Made by a program: the position numbers and the translations under genes. Below the pieces are notes generated by a model that saw only the letters and a program-made list of their open reading frames with translations, searched no databases and was not told the origin of the DNA. A stretch of DNA of 64,000 bases from Candidatus Saccharimonadales bacterium (GTDB lineage Bacteria; Patescibacteriota; Saccharimonadia; Saccharimonadales; UBA10212). Shown here one piece after another: positions 45,006 to 54,367 of this stretch; within the stretch, counting starts at the first letter, position 1, and every line of letters begins with the position of its first letter. The stretch is taken from contig JBBDZU010000007.1 of NCBI GenBank assembly GCA_040900055.1, forward strand, positions 25,831-89,830, given 5' to 3'.

Positions 45006-45563
45006 ATGTCAAAGCCTTTTGCGATAGTTTTCGCCGGAGTGCCTGGCAGCTCCAAAAGCATAATTGCCTATTACCTGTCGGGTAAATTTGGCATACCGAT
45101 TTTCTCTAATGATGGGCTTCGGTACGAAGTCAAGGAAGATTTACTCATAAATAACTTGATTCTCAAGGAAGACTTACTAGCCGAAGGCATAAACGCTCCA
45201 AAAGCTTTAGCCGAATATGAAAAACGCCTTTCGCAAAGGCGTGAAGAGCTTTTGGGTACTGGCCGGCCGATTATCTTCGACGGCAGCATTGATCGCCGCT
45301 GGGCTGAAGCTAGGGAGCAGCTGCTTAAACATCAATATAGCTGGTTCATGATAAGCATTAACCTTTCTCGCGAATTTTTGGAAAACTTATTTTCGGCAAC
45401 CAATCGAGCAGCCTTTATCCCCAAACTGGATAAGTACTTCGGGCAGCACGAGAGATTCCTAGAAAAATATGGTCATGAAGTAAGTATTGAAATTAATGAC
45501 AAAAGCTTTAAGGATCGCCTAAAAGTATCCGCCGAAGCCCTACAGAACTTTATTGACAAATAA
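45006..45563 (+). CDS. P-loop NTPase/kinase-like protein (AAA_33 / zeta-toxin-like fold)
   Basis: I take the start as the ATG at 45006 (MSKPFAIVFAGVPGSSKS, a Walker A variant) and note IIFDGS (Walker B-like). The listed 44868 start would overlap rsmD by 131 nt. Confidence 0.65.
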   Translation: MSKPFAIVFAGVPGSSKSIIAYYLSGKFGIPIFSNDGLRYEVKEDLLINNLILKEDLLAEGINAPKALAEYEKRLSQRREELLGTGRPIIFDGSIDRRWAEAREQLLKHQYSWFMISINLSREFLENLFSATNRAAFIPKLDKYFGQHERFLEKYGHEVSIEINDKSFKDRLKVSAEALQNFIDK

Positions 45564-45583
45564 ATGGTAAATTGTCATAACAA

Positions 45584-45697
45584 ATGAAGAATCTTCTACA
45601 AGTTCCACATATTGAAGCTCCGGCGCTTGCAGGGCTATCGATCGTGGCAGATAAAAATTATGGCGACGCCCAGCTAGCCTTCTACCGAAAGCTATAA
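45584..45697 (+). pseudogene. orphan duplicate of the rsmD 3' end
   Basis: Translates to ...SIVADKNYGDAQLAFYRKL*, compared with the genuine RsmD C-terminus ...KIIANKNYGDSQLVFCRKV*. No RsmD body precedes it. Confidence 0.7.
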
Positions 45698-45784
45698 TAA
45701 TAGGCTAGAGGCTCGTGCTAGAGAGAAGTAACTGAAGTCAGGTGCTGGCAAGGAGTTTCTGAAGTCACTATAATTGATGAGGAT

Positions 45785-45869
45785 GGGGATGTGGTGAAAT
45801 TGGTATACACGCTAGTTTTAGGAACTAGTGCCTTCGGGCGTGTAGGTTCGAGTCCTATCATCCCCACCA
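45785..45869 (+). tRNA. tRNA-Leu (anticodon UAG), CCA encoded
   Basis: Acceptor GGGGATG/CATCCCC, D arm GTG..CAC, anticodon stem CTAGT/ACTAG with loop TTTAGGA, long variable arm (TGCCTTCGGGCGT), T arm GTAGG-TTCGAGT-CCTAT, then ACCA. TATAAT lies 10 nt upstream. Confidence 0.9.
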
Positions 45870-45908
45870 TTTATTGATTAAAATATACTTTAGTGGTATA
45901 ATATAACT

Positions 45909-46673
45909 ATGGAATTAGTTTCTCCTGCTGCGAGCGAGATAGGACTACGAACAAAACCAGTCGAGCTTATAAGGAAGATTATACGGAACCCTGGCTTCCT
46001 GCTTAGGGCTCCGGAGAGAATTAAAGATATATCACGCTGGCGACAAGTCTACGAGATTATTGACGAGTATAGTGACGCTCATCCTGGTCTAACCTTTCTT
46101 CAAATAGGAGCAAACGATGGAGTCAGAAGTGATCCCGTCCACTAAAGAATAGTTACAAAAAACTGGCACGGCGTTTTAGTAGAGCCTGAACCTCAATCTT
46201 TTGAAGAGCTAAAGCAAAACTACGCGGGCTCGGAGGGCCTAGTATTTGTACAAGCTGCCGTAACTGATAGGGATGGCCAGGTCGACCTCCTAAGATTTCA
46301 AAGCGCTGGTCCAGATAACGCCGGGATTGAATCAGCATCGGTTGACCCAGCAGCATTCGCAAAGTCAGCCAAGCTACTTGGACTTAAAAACGGCGCAGCA
46401 CTTTCAGAGACCATACAGGTGCCAGCGGTCCGACTACCTACCTTAATAAGTGAGCATAATTTAGATATTTTTGGTTTTCTAATTGTAGATGCCGAAGGAA
46501 GTGATTTGGTCATACTCAAGGACCTACTGGGAACGCAGGTTCGGCCAGGCATGATTCTTTATGAGAACCTAATGATGACTCCAAGTGAACACGATGCATT
46601 AAATGATGAGTTTCACAGCGAAGGCTATAGATCTCTGGCCCTAAGCCAAGATACTTTTCTGTACAGAAGCTAA
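45909..46673 (+). pseudogene. FkbM-family methyltransferase interrupted by an in-frame TAA (46143-46145)
   Basis: Same frame on both sides of the stop: ...LQIGANDGVRSDPVH*RIVTKNWHGVLVEPEPQSFEELKQNY...FLIVDAEGSDLVIL. This fits the FkbM pattern (GAN.G, EP.P..F..L, iD.EG.E). Confidence 0.65.
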
Positions 46674-47410
46674 CTTGATTGTTTTTTGAGTTCTTCGTAG
46701 CGCAGGGCCGGTGCAACCATATAAATTGAACTCAGTGCGAAGGCCACCAGCGGCCCAATTATGGGGAAGAAGTTGGTAATGCCTAGCAAAATCGAAACTA
46801 AAATAACACTATAGATGGCCCAGGCGTGCCCGCGGGTCATGTTCCAACTACCGCGAAAGGCGCTGGCAATAGAACCTTTTTGTTCAACCATAATGTAAGG
46901 TACTAAGAACAGCCGCCAAAGCAGGATAACACCTGGCAAAATAAGCATTAGAAAACCTATAAAAATCGCCAGAATAAGCAAGATGTAGGTGCCGATCAAC
47001 TTAAGCCACAGCCATTTGCTTACAAATTCTGCCCATATTCCTGACAACTTTAGGCTATTCCCCTGAGCTCCCCGCACCACAGCAATTGTTACTAAAAGGA
47101 AAAGGACAAAATACAAAATGCCAATGAAGCTAAAGAATAAAGCGCTGCCGGTAGCATAAGAGCCGGTGTCTACATTCGGACCAAAGATGCCGTTCACAAA
47201 AATGCTGCCCCAACCGCGCGCCTTTTCACCGTCATCAGATATTCGGGCCAAGGTTTCCCATAGGGCAAAAAGTCCGCTAATGGAGAAAAGCACCATAAAA
47301 ACCTCGAAGTTGCGCCTAATAATTTGGTAGCTTTTACCAAAAAGGTCAAAGGCGCTGGTTGTTTGAGTCTGGGTGGATTTGGCTGCTGACATTTTGCTTT
47401 CTCTCGACAT
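46670..47410 (-). CDS. hypothetical polytopic membrane protein
   Basis: 246 aa with about five or six hydrophobic segments. No family recognised. Confidence 0.6.
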   Translation of the reverse strand: MSRESKMSAAKSTQTQTTSAFDLFGKSYQIIRRNFEVFMVLFSISGLFALWETLARISDDGEKARGWGSIFVNGIFGPNVDTGSYATGSALFFSFIGILYFVLFLLVTIAVVRGAQGNSLKLSGIWAEFVSKWLWLKLIGTYILLILAIFIGFLMLILPGVILLWRLFLVPYIMVEQKGSIASAFRGSWNMTRGHAWAIYSVILVSILLGITNFFPIIGPLVAFALSSIYMVAPALRYEELKKQSS

Positions 47411-47470
47411 AATTGTGCCACTATTTCGCGGTGATTTCTAGCAGAATATTTTTAAAGTATAATTACGGTA

Positions 47471-48712
47471 ATGTCTCTGTCTACCCAACCGTATAAGGGC
47501 GCCCGTGATTTTTATCCGGAAGATAAACGCCTACAAAAATACATTTTTGACAAGCTGCGGCAAGTGGTAGAGAGTTTTGGCTACCAGGAATACGACGCCC
47601 CTATTTTAGAGCCGCTGGATATTTATTTAGCCAAGACCGGCGAAGAAATTGTTAACGAGCAACTCTACTCTTTTGTAGACCGCGGTGGGCGGCGGGTGGC
47701 CATTAGGCCGGAGATGACTCCATCTGTTAGCCGTATGGTTGCCGGCCGACGTCAAGAACTGGCCTATCCATTGCGCTGGTATAGCATTGCCAATTTTTGG
47801 CGTTATGAACGACCACAGCGCGGTCGCTTGCGCGAACACTACCAACTAAACGCCGATATTTTTGGAGTGGAAGGGGTTGCGGCTGACGCCGAAATCATCC
47901 AAGTGGCTGATTCTATCCTCAAATCACTAGGAGCTAAGGCCGAGATGTATAGAATCAACATCAACAGTCGGGTAGCTATGATTCAAGCAATGAAAGAGTT
48001 TGGTCTAGAGGGAACTGAGCTGAAAGCCGTATACAAACTGGTCGATAAAATGCCAAAACTGACTGACGAAGATTTTAAAAAAGTATTGTCAGAAAATTTG
48101 TCCGCGGAAAAAGCCACTAAGCTGCTGAAATATCTAGATAATAATCAACCGCCGGAAAAGGTCGACAGGTTACTATCCCTACTAAAAAGTGTTGGCGTAA
48201 CAAGCGCTACTTACGAGCCGAGTGTAGTTCGTGGGCTTGAATATTACACCGACATTGTTTTTGAGGTGTTCGACACTAACCCCGAGAATGCTAGGGCGTT
48301 GTTCGGTGGCGGGCGCTACGACGGGTTGGTGGGGCTGTTTGGGGTAGAGCCGCTACCAACCGTAGGTTTTGGTATGGGTGACGTAACGCTGCAAAACTTT
48401 TTAGAGGCGCATAAACTTTTGCCGAAGCTACAAGTCGAAACCGATGCCATTGTGGTATTAATTGGCGATTTGTACGAATCTGCCCAAAGCCTGCTGGCGC
48501 AGCTGCGTGAGTCCGGCTTAAAACTGGCCGTAGACAGCAGCGGCCGTAAACTAGATGCTCAGCTTAAAAGTGCTGATAAGTCTGGCGTCAAGCACGTAAT
48601 TTTTATTGGCGAAGCCGAACTAAAATCCAAAAAGCTAAAACTTAAAAATTTACAGACCGGGGATGAGAGGCAGCTGAGCGCAGAAGAATTGGTCAAGGCT
48701 CTTCAAAGCTGA
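47471..48712 (+). CDS. hisS: histidine--tRNA ligase
   Basis: GARDFYPED, RPEMTPSVSRM, WRYERPQRGRLREHYQ and GGGRYDGL motifs. ATG 7 nt after TATAAT. Confidence 0.95.
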   Translation: MSLSTQPYKGARDFYPEDKRLQKYIFDKLRQVVESFGYQEYDAPILEPLDIYLAKTGEEIVNEQLYSFVDRGGRRVAIRPEMTPSVSRMVAGRRQELAYPLRWYSIANFWRYERPQRGRLREHYQLNADIFGVEGVAADAEIIQVADSILKSLGAKAEMYRININSRVAMIQAMKEFGLEGTELKAVYKLVDKMPKLTDEDFKKVLSENLSAEKATKLLKYLDNNQPPEKVDRLLSLLKSVGVTSATYEPSVVRGLEYYTDIVFEVFDTNPENARALFGGGRYDGLVGLFGVEPLPTVGFGMGDVTLQNFLEAHKLLPKLQVETDAIVVLIGDLYESAQSLLAQLRESGLKLAVDSSGRKLDAQLKSADKSGVKHVIFIGEAELKSKKLKLKNLQTGDERQLSAEELVKALQS

Positions 48713-49995
48713 TGCAGGTAAGCCGAACGGATATTAGCCCAACAATGGTGCGACTGACGGTTGAAACCGGTGAGCCTGAGCTGTTGCCTATTAAAACTCA
48801 TGTACTAGGGCATTTTGCCGGGTCTGTAAACGTGCCTGGATTTAGGGCCGGCAAGGTCCCGACCTACTTACTGGAAAAGCACGTAGATCAGCGCGCATTA
48901 CTTGATGAATTCATGGAGCATGCTGTTAACAGCCTTTATAGACGAGCTGTAGAGTCCGAGAAACTAAGACCTGTACTGCCGCCCAAAGTCGAGGTCAAGA
49001 AATTTGTACCATATAGCGACCTGACGTTCGAGATAGAAGTTGATGTTGTGGGCAACATAAAGCTGCCAGACTATAAAAAAATTAAATTAGCTAAACCAAA
49101 AGCGACTGTCTCGGCAGAGGAAGTTAACAATGTGATTTCCTCGCTGCAAAAACAACTAGCCGAGCGTAAAGAAGTAGATAGACCAGCCAAAACTGGCGAC
49201 GAAGTAGTTATCGACTTTACTGGCAATCACCAAGACGGCAAGCCGGTAAGTGGCGGTACGGGTAAAGATTACCCGCTGTTACTTGGCGGCAATAGCTTTA
49301 TTCCAGGGTTTGAAGACCAGATTGTTGGCTTAAAAGCCGGCCAAACCAAAGAGTTCTCCCTAACCTTTCCGAAAGATTACGGGGCGAAGGCTTTAGCTGG
49401 GGTTAAAGTGGACTTTGGCGTTAGTGTTAGAAAAGTCCACCAGTTGGTAGAGCCTAAAGTTGATGATGCTTTAGCAGCTAAAGCTGGGCCTTTTAAGACT
49501 GTGGTGGAGCTAAAAGCCGACATTAAAAAACAAATGGGTATAGAAAAGAATAGGCAAGCTGACCGAGATTTTGAAACTGAGTTAATTAAACAAATTGTTA
49601 CTGGATCTAGCGTTGAAGTTCCGGATAGTTTAATTGACGAGCAAGTAAAGCAATCAGAGGAAACCGAGAGGCGCAATTTGATTGCTCGCGGTCAAACCTG
49701 GCAGGAGCATTTAGCCGATGAGGGAGTCACCGAGGAGCAGCATCGCCAGCGCCATAGGCCAGATGCCGCCGAAAAAGTTAAAGCCGGCCTAGTTTTATCG
49801 GAAATAGCCGAAGCAGAAAATATCAATGTTACGCCAGAGGAAGTCGCCAGCCGAATTGAGCTGCTTAAGGGCCAATATAAAGATGCCGCTATGCAAGCCG
49901 AGCTAGATAAGCCCGAAAACCGCCAAGACATTGCCGCCCGCTTACTAACCGAAAAAGTCATTGCCAGACTGGTCGAGCATAGCCAAATAAGCTAG
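48712..49995 (+). CDS. tig: trigger factor
   Basis: N-terminal ribosome-binding region (GFRAGKVP), central FKBP-like domain (FIPGFEDQIVGLKAGQ) and helical C-terminal arm. Start overlaps the hisS stop. Confidence 0.92.
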   Translation: MQVSRTDISPTMVRLTVETGEPELLPIKTHVLGHFAGSVNVPGFRAGKVPTYLLEKHVDQRALLDEFMEHAVNSLYRRAVESEKLRPVLPPKVEVKKFVPYSDLTFEIEVDVVGNIKLPDYKKIKLAKPKATVSAEEVNNVISSLQKQLAERKEVDRPAKTGDEVVIDFTGNHQDGKPVSGGTGKDYPLLLGGNSFIPGFEDQIVGLKAGQTKEFSLTFPKDYGAKALAGVKVDFGVSVRKVHQLVEPKVDDALAAKAGPFKTVVELKADIKKQMGIEKNRQADRDFETELIKQIVTGSSVEVPDSLIDEQVKQSEETERRNLIARGQTWQEHLADEGVTEEQHRQRHRPDAAEKVKAGLVLSEIAEAENINVTPEEVASRIELLKGQYKDAAMQAELDKPENRQDIAARLLTEKVIARLVEHSQIS

Positions 49996-50018
49996 CACTC
50001 TTGCTTGACGAGTGCTAA
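49992..50018. promoter_or_regulatory. CIRCE-like inverted repeat (HrcA-type operator) overlapping the clpP promoter
   Basis: CTAGCACTC-TTGCTTGAC-GAGTGCTAA. The spacer again ends in TTGAC. TATAAT at 50029-50034, ATG at 50043. The left arm overlaps the tig stop codon. Confidence 0.85.
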
Positions 50019-50042
50019 TTTATCGGAATATAATAATTGCGT

Positions 50043-50675
50043 ATGGACAAACCCAGCAACCAGATTTTGGTGCCCACAGTTATAGAGCAAGAGGGCCGGA
50101 TAGAGCGAGCCTACGACATCTACAGCCGCCTGCTTAAGGACCGCATTATCTTTTTGGGCGATGAAGTTAATCAACACACCTCCAACCTAATCGTCGCCCA
50201 GATGCTATTTTTGGAGAACGAAAGCCCAGACAAAGACATCTTGTTTTATATCAACAGCCCTGGTGGCAGTGTTTACGATGCCTTTGCCATTTATGACACT
50301 ATGCAATTTGTTAAAAACGATATTCAAACAGTAGGCATCGGCGTACAGGCTTCGGCTGCAGCTTTTCTGCTAAGCGCAGGCACCAAAGGCAAGCGGCTAC
50401 TTTTACCCCACGCAACTGTGATGATCCACCAACCTTCTAGCGCGTCCCAGCGCTCCTCAATAAGTGACTTAGAAATCGACCTTAAAGAAGGCATTAGGCT
50501 AAAGCACTTGCTTAACGAGATTTTAGCCAAAAATACTGGCCAGAAGTTGGCCAAAATCGAAAAAGACGTTGACCGCAACTACTGGATGAGCGCCGAAGAA
50601 GCCGAGGCCTATGGGCTAGTGGATAAAGTTATTGACAGCCGGAAGATCGCTGCCACAGTCCAAAAACAAGCGTAG
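50043..50675 (+). CDS. clpP: ATP-dependent Clp protease proteolytic subunit
   Basis: [21 protein letters not shown] (catalytic Ser) and MIHQP (His). I prefer the ATG at 50043 over the listed TTG at 50037. Confidence 0.95.
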   Translation: MDKPSNQILVPTVIEQEGRIERAYDIYSRLLKDRIIFLGDEVNQHTSNLIVAQMLFLENESPDKDILFYINSPGGSVYDAFAIYDTMQFVKNDIQTVGIGVQASAAAFLLSAGTKGKRLLLPHATVMIHQPSSASQRSSISDLEIDLKEGIRLKHLLNEILAKNTGQKLAKIEKDVDRNYWMSAEEAEAYGLVDKVIDSRKIAATVQKQA

Positions 50676-50843
50676 TGCCCAGTTCAGTTAGGGGTTGATT
50701 ATCTGTTAGCGTTTAGGTAATATAAATGTTAAGAAGTAGTGTACTTTGGCGGTGCTGTGTTTGGTAACAGTTCAAAACCGCTGGATGTAGTGGGCTTCGC
50801 CAAAAGCGACAAACTATAAAGACTAATTAGGGAGCATTTCTAT

Positions 50844-53800
50844 TTGATGGCCAAAAACACTGGCACGTTTGAAAGACGCACGTACTTTACCAAGTCAGAC
50901 GAAATTATAAATCCGCCAAATCTGGTAAGCCACCAGAGCGATTCGTTCGACTGGTTTGTTAGGGAGGGATTAGGCGAGTTACTGGTCGAGGTTAGCCCTA
51001 TAGATGACTACACCGGTACTAAATTGAGCATTAAATTTTTAGATTATCACTTCGAAAAAACTAAATTAACCGAGAACGAGGCCCGCGAAAATAATGTCAG
51101 CTTTGAAGCGCCTCTAAAAGCTACGGTCGAGTTGACCAATAAAGTTACGGGTGAAGTAAAAAAACAAGAAATATATTTGGGTGATTACCCTTGGATGACC
51201 TCTAGAGGGACTTTTGTAATTAACGGTGCTGAACGGGTAGTTGTTAGCCAGCTGATTAGATCTTCCGGAGTGTTTTTTACGGCCGAGCCACATGGCGCCA
51301 CAAACTTATACGGCGCCAAAGTTATCCCTGTACGGGGTGCTTGGCTAGAGTTTGAAACTTCTGCAGCCGGTGTGCTGTATGTAAAAATTGACCGTAAGCG
51401 GAAAATTGCCGTCACTACATTATTAAAAGCCCTAGGCATGAACCCCGAGCAGATTCGAGCAGCTTTTGCTCACGTAGACACAGGGGCAGCTAGCCAAATT
51501 AGCGCAACCTTAGAAAAAGACCCCAGCCACTCACTAAACGAGGCTTTAATTGAAGTTTATAGGCGTCTGCGGCCGGGAGACTTAGCCACCGTTGAGAATG
51601 CCCGCTCGCTGCTAGAAAATATGTTTTATAATTTTAAGCGCTTTGATTTTGGCAAAGTAGGACGCTACAAGATTAATAAGCGCCTTGATCTTAACGTGCC
51701 TAACACCACAGAAAACCGGGTTATGCGCATAGACGATCTAACAGCTATTATTGCCGAAATAATCCGTCTAAATAACACCCAAGAGCCGGGTGACGAGATT
51801 GACTCACTGGCTAACCGCCGAGTCAAACTAGTTGGCGAGTTGGTCCAACGTCAATTCCGCATAGGATTACTTCGTATGGAGCGTAACGCCAAAGACCGTA
51901 TGAGTATGTCTGAGATAGAAACCGTTACTCCTGCCCAACTAATTAATGCCAGACCGGTTGTAGCCGCCGTACGAGAGTTTTTTGCCTCTAGCCAGCTTAG
52001 CCAGTTTATGGACCAGATTAATCCTCTTTCGGAACTTGCCCATAAGCGGCGCTTAAGTTCAATGGGTCCTGGTGGCCTAAGCCGCGAGCGCGCCGGTTTT
52101 GAGGTCCGTGACGCCCACGCCACCCACTATGGCCGCATTTGCCCAGTCGAGACTCCGGAAGGTGCCAACATTGGCCTGGTGCTGAATTTGGCTTCCTTTG
52201 CCCGCATTAATGAATATGGCTTTATTGAAACTCCTTACCGTAAGGTAATTAATGCTGTGAGTGCCCGCGAAGCCGCTGGACATATTGCCTCCGCCGATCT
52301 AGAAGACTCAGGCGGTAAGGTCATTGTCAAAGCAGGGGTAACTATCACCGCCGCCGCTGCCAAAAGATTAGCTGGAGTTAAAGGGCGCGCTACCTGGCCA
52401 GTAAAAGCTAAGACTACCTCTAAGATTGTATTCTTAGATGCTGCCGAAGAAGAACAAGCCGTAGTTGCCGGCGCCGGCAACGAAATTGACGATAACGGCT
52501 ATTTTATCGAACCACGTGTTAGTGCTCGCCACCACTTAGAGCCGGGCGAAGTCGACGCTAATGAAGTTACCCATATGGACTCTAGCCGGGCCCAGACTAT
52601 TGGTAGCAGTGCTGGCTTAATCCCCTTTGTTGAGAAAAATTACGTTTTACGTTCACTGATGGGCTCCAACCAGCAGCGTCAGGCTGTGCCGCTAATTAAG
52701 CCTGAAAGCCCAATTGTTGGCACTGGCTTAGAAACTGTTGTGGCCCATAACACCGGACAGCTAATTGTCGCCGAAGATGATGGCCAAGTTCTAAGGGCCA
52801 CAGCCGACGAGGTAGCCGTTAAATATAAAAACGGCAAAACCAAAACTTACGAGCCAGTGCACTTTGTCCGTAGTAACGAAGGCAGCTCCATAAACCAAGT
52901 CGTGGCGGTGGATAGCGGCGAAAAAGTCAAAGCTGGCCAGCCGCTGATAGAAGGCATGAGTATTGCCGACGGAGAATTGGCCTTAGGCAAAGACTTACTA
53001 GTAGCTTTTATGCCTTGGGCCGGCTACAACTTTGAAGACGCCATTATTATTTCCCGCCGCTTGGTTGAAGATGACAGCCTAACTTCTATTCACATCGTCG
53101 ACTACATGACAGAAGTGCGTGAGACCAAACTGGGGCCAGAGATAGTCACGCGTGATATTCCAAACGTTAGCGAAGAGTCGCTTAGACACCTAGACGAAGA
53201 CGGCATCGTGCGCATTGGTGCCGAAGTCCACCCGGGCGACATTTTAGTAGGCAAGATTACCCCTAAAGGCGAGCAAGAATTATCATCTGAGGAGCGCTTG
53301 CTTAGAGCCATCTTTGGCGAAAAAGCTAAAGAAGTCCGTGACACTTCCCAGCGTATGAGTACCGGACGCCATGGCAAAGTGGTTGGCGTAAAAGTCTTCT
53401 CCAGAGCTTTAGGCCACGAACTAAAAGCCGGCGTCATTATGCAGATCCAAGTTTTTGTAGCTCAAATGCGAAAAATTGCCGTAGGCGATAAATTAGGCGG
53501 GCGCCATGGTAATAAAGGGGTAATCGCCAGGATTTTGCCAATAGAAGATATGCCTTTTAATGATGACGGTGTGCCAGTTGACATTATTTTAAATCCGCTA
53601 GGTGTGCCTTCCAGGATGAACATTGGCCAGCTATTTGAGACCCATCTTGGTATGGCAGCTCGCGCTTTAGGTATCAAAGTCATTAGCCCGGCCTTTAACG
53701 GCGTAAGAATAGATAAAATTCAAGAATTGCTAGGCCAAGCCGGCCTGCCCAAAGACGGTAAACAGCAGCTATATGACGGACGAAACGGTGAGTCGTTTGC

Positions 53801-54365
53801 CGAGAGGACTACTGTTGGCAGCATGTACATTATTAAGCTTAACCACATGGTCAGCGATAAAATACACGCCCGTTCCACCGGCCCTTACACTATGGTGACT
53901 CAGCAGCCGTTAGGCGGTAAAGCCCAAAACGGCGGCCAGCGCTTTGGTGAGATGGAGGTCTGGGCACTAGAGGCTTACGGTGCGGCTTATTGTCTGCAAG
54001 AGATGCTAACTATTAAATCTGACGATGTTTATGGCCGGGCCAAAGCTTATGAAAGCATCATTAAGGGCACACCAATCCAAGGCCCTAAAGTACCAGAAAG
54101 TTTTAATGTGTTAGTTAAGGAACTCCAGGGCCTTGGGCTAAAGGTCGATTTGCTGGCGAAAAATAAAGTTATTGATGCCGAAGAAATTTTAGCCAGTAAC
54201 ATCAAAGACGTGGCCAAAGCTGCCCCGTCGCTAAAGAGCCCATCTGACGCTGAACCTACAGTCGTGGTTAACGAAGCTGCCTTGGCTGAAGAAATACGAA
54301 TGATGGGCGACGGCGCATCAGTGACAATTTCCGAGGGCGGCAGTAAAGGTAAGGAGGCTGTTTAA
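50844..54365 (+). CDS. rpoB: DNA-directed RNA polymerase subunit beta
   Basis: GDKLGGRHGNKGV, NPLGVPSRMNIGQ and EMEVWALEAYGAA motifs. 1173 aa. The start is either TTG at 50844 or ATG at 50847. Confidence 0.97.
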   Translation: MMAKNTGTFERRTYFTKSDEIINPPNLVSHQSDSFDWFVREGLGELLVEVSPIDDYTGTKLSIKFLDYHFEKTKLTENEARENNVSFEAPLKATVELTNKVTGEVKKQEIYLGDYPWMTSRGTFVINGAERVVVSQLIRSSGVFFTAEPHGATNLYGAKVIPVRGAWLEFETSAAGVLYVKIDRKRKIAVTTLLKALGMNPEQIRAAFAHVDTGAASQISATLEKDPSHSLNEALIEVYRRLRPGDLATVENARSLLENMFYNFKRFDFGKVGRYKINKRLDLNVPNTTENRVMRIDDLTAIIAEIIRLNNTQEPGDEIDSLANRRVKLVGELVQRQFRIGLLRMERNAKDRMSMSEIETVTPAQLINARPVVAAVREFFASSQLSQFMDQINPLSELAHKRRLSSMGPGGLSRERAGFEVRDAHATHYGRICPVETPEGANIGLVLNLASFARINEYGFIETPYRKVINAVSAREAAGHIASADLEDSGGKVIVKAGVTITAAAAKRLAGVKGRATWPVKAKTTSKIVFLDAAEEEQAVVAGAGNEIDDNGYFIEPRVSARHHLEPGEVDANEVTHMDSSRAQTIGSSAGLIPFVEKNYVLRSLMGSNQQRQAVPLIKPESPIVGTGLETVVAHNTGQLIVAEDDGQVLRATADEVAVKYKNGKTKTYEPVHFVRSNEGSSINQVVAVDSGEKVKAGQPLIEGMSIADGELALGKDLLVAFMPWAGYNFEDAIIISRRLVEDDSLTSIHIVDYMTEVRETKLGPEIVTRDIPNVSEESLRHLDEDGIVRIGAEVHPGDILVGKITPKGEQELSSEERLLRAIFGEKAKEVRDTSQRMSTGRHGKVVGVKVFSRALGHELKAGVIMQIQVFVAQMRKIAVGDKLGGRHGNKGVIARILPIEDMPFNDDGVPVDIILNPLGVPSRMNIGQLFETHLGMAARALGIKVISPAFNGVRIDKIQELLGQAGLPKDGKQQLYDGRNGESFAERTTVGSMYIIKLNHMVSDKIHARSTGPYTMVTQQPLGGKAQNGGQRFGEMEVWALEAYGAAYCLQEMLTIKSDDVYGRAKAYESIIKGTPIQGPKVPESFNVLVKELQGLGLKVDLLAKNKVIDAEEILASNIKDVAKAAPSLKSPSDAEPTVVVNEAALAEEIRMMGDGASVTISEGGSKGKEAV

Positions 54366-54367
54366 GC

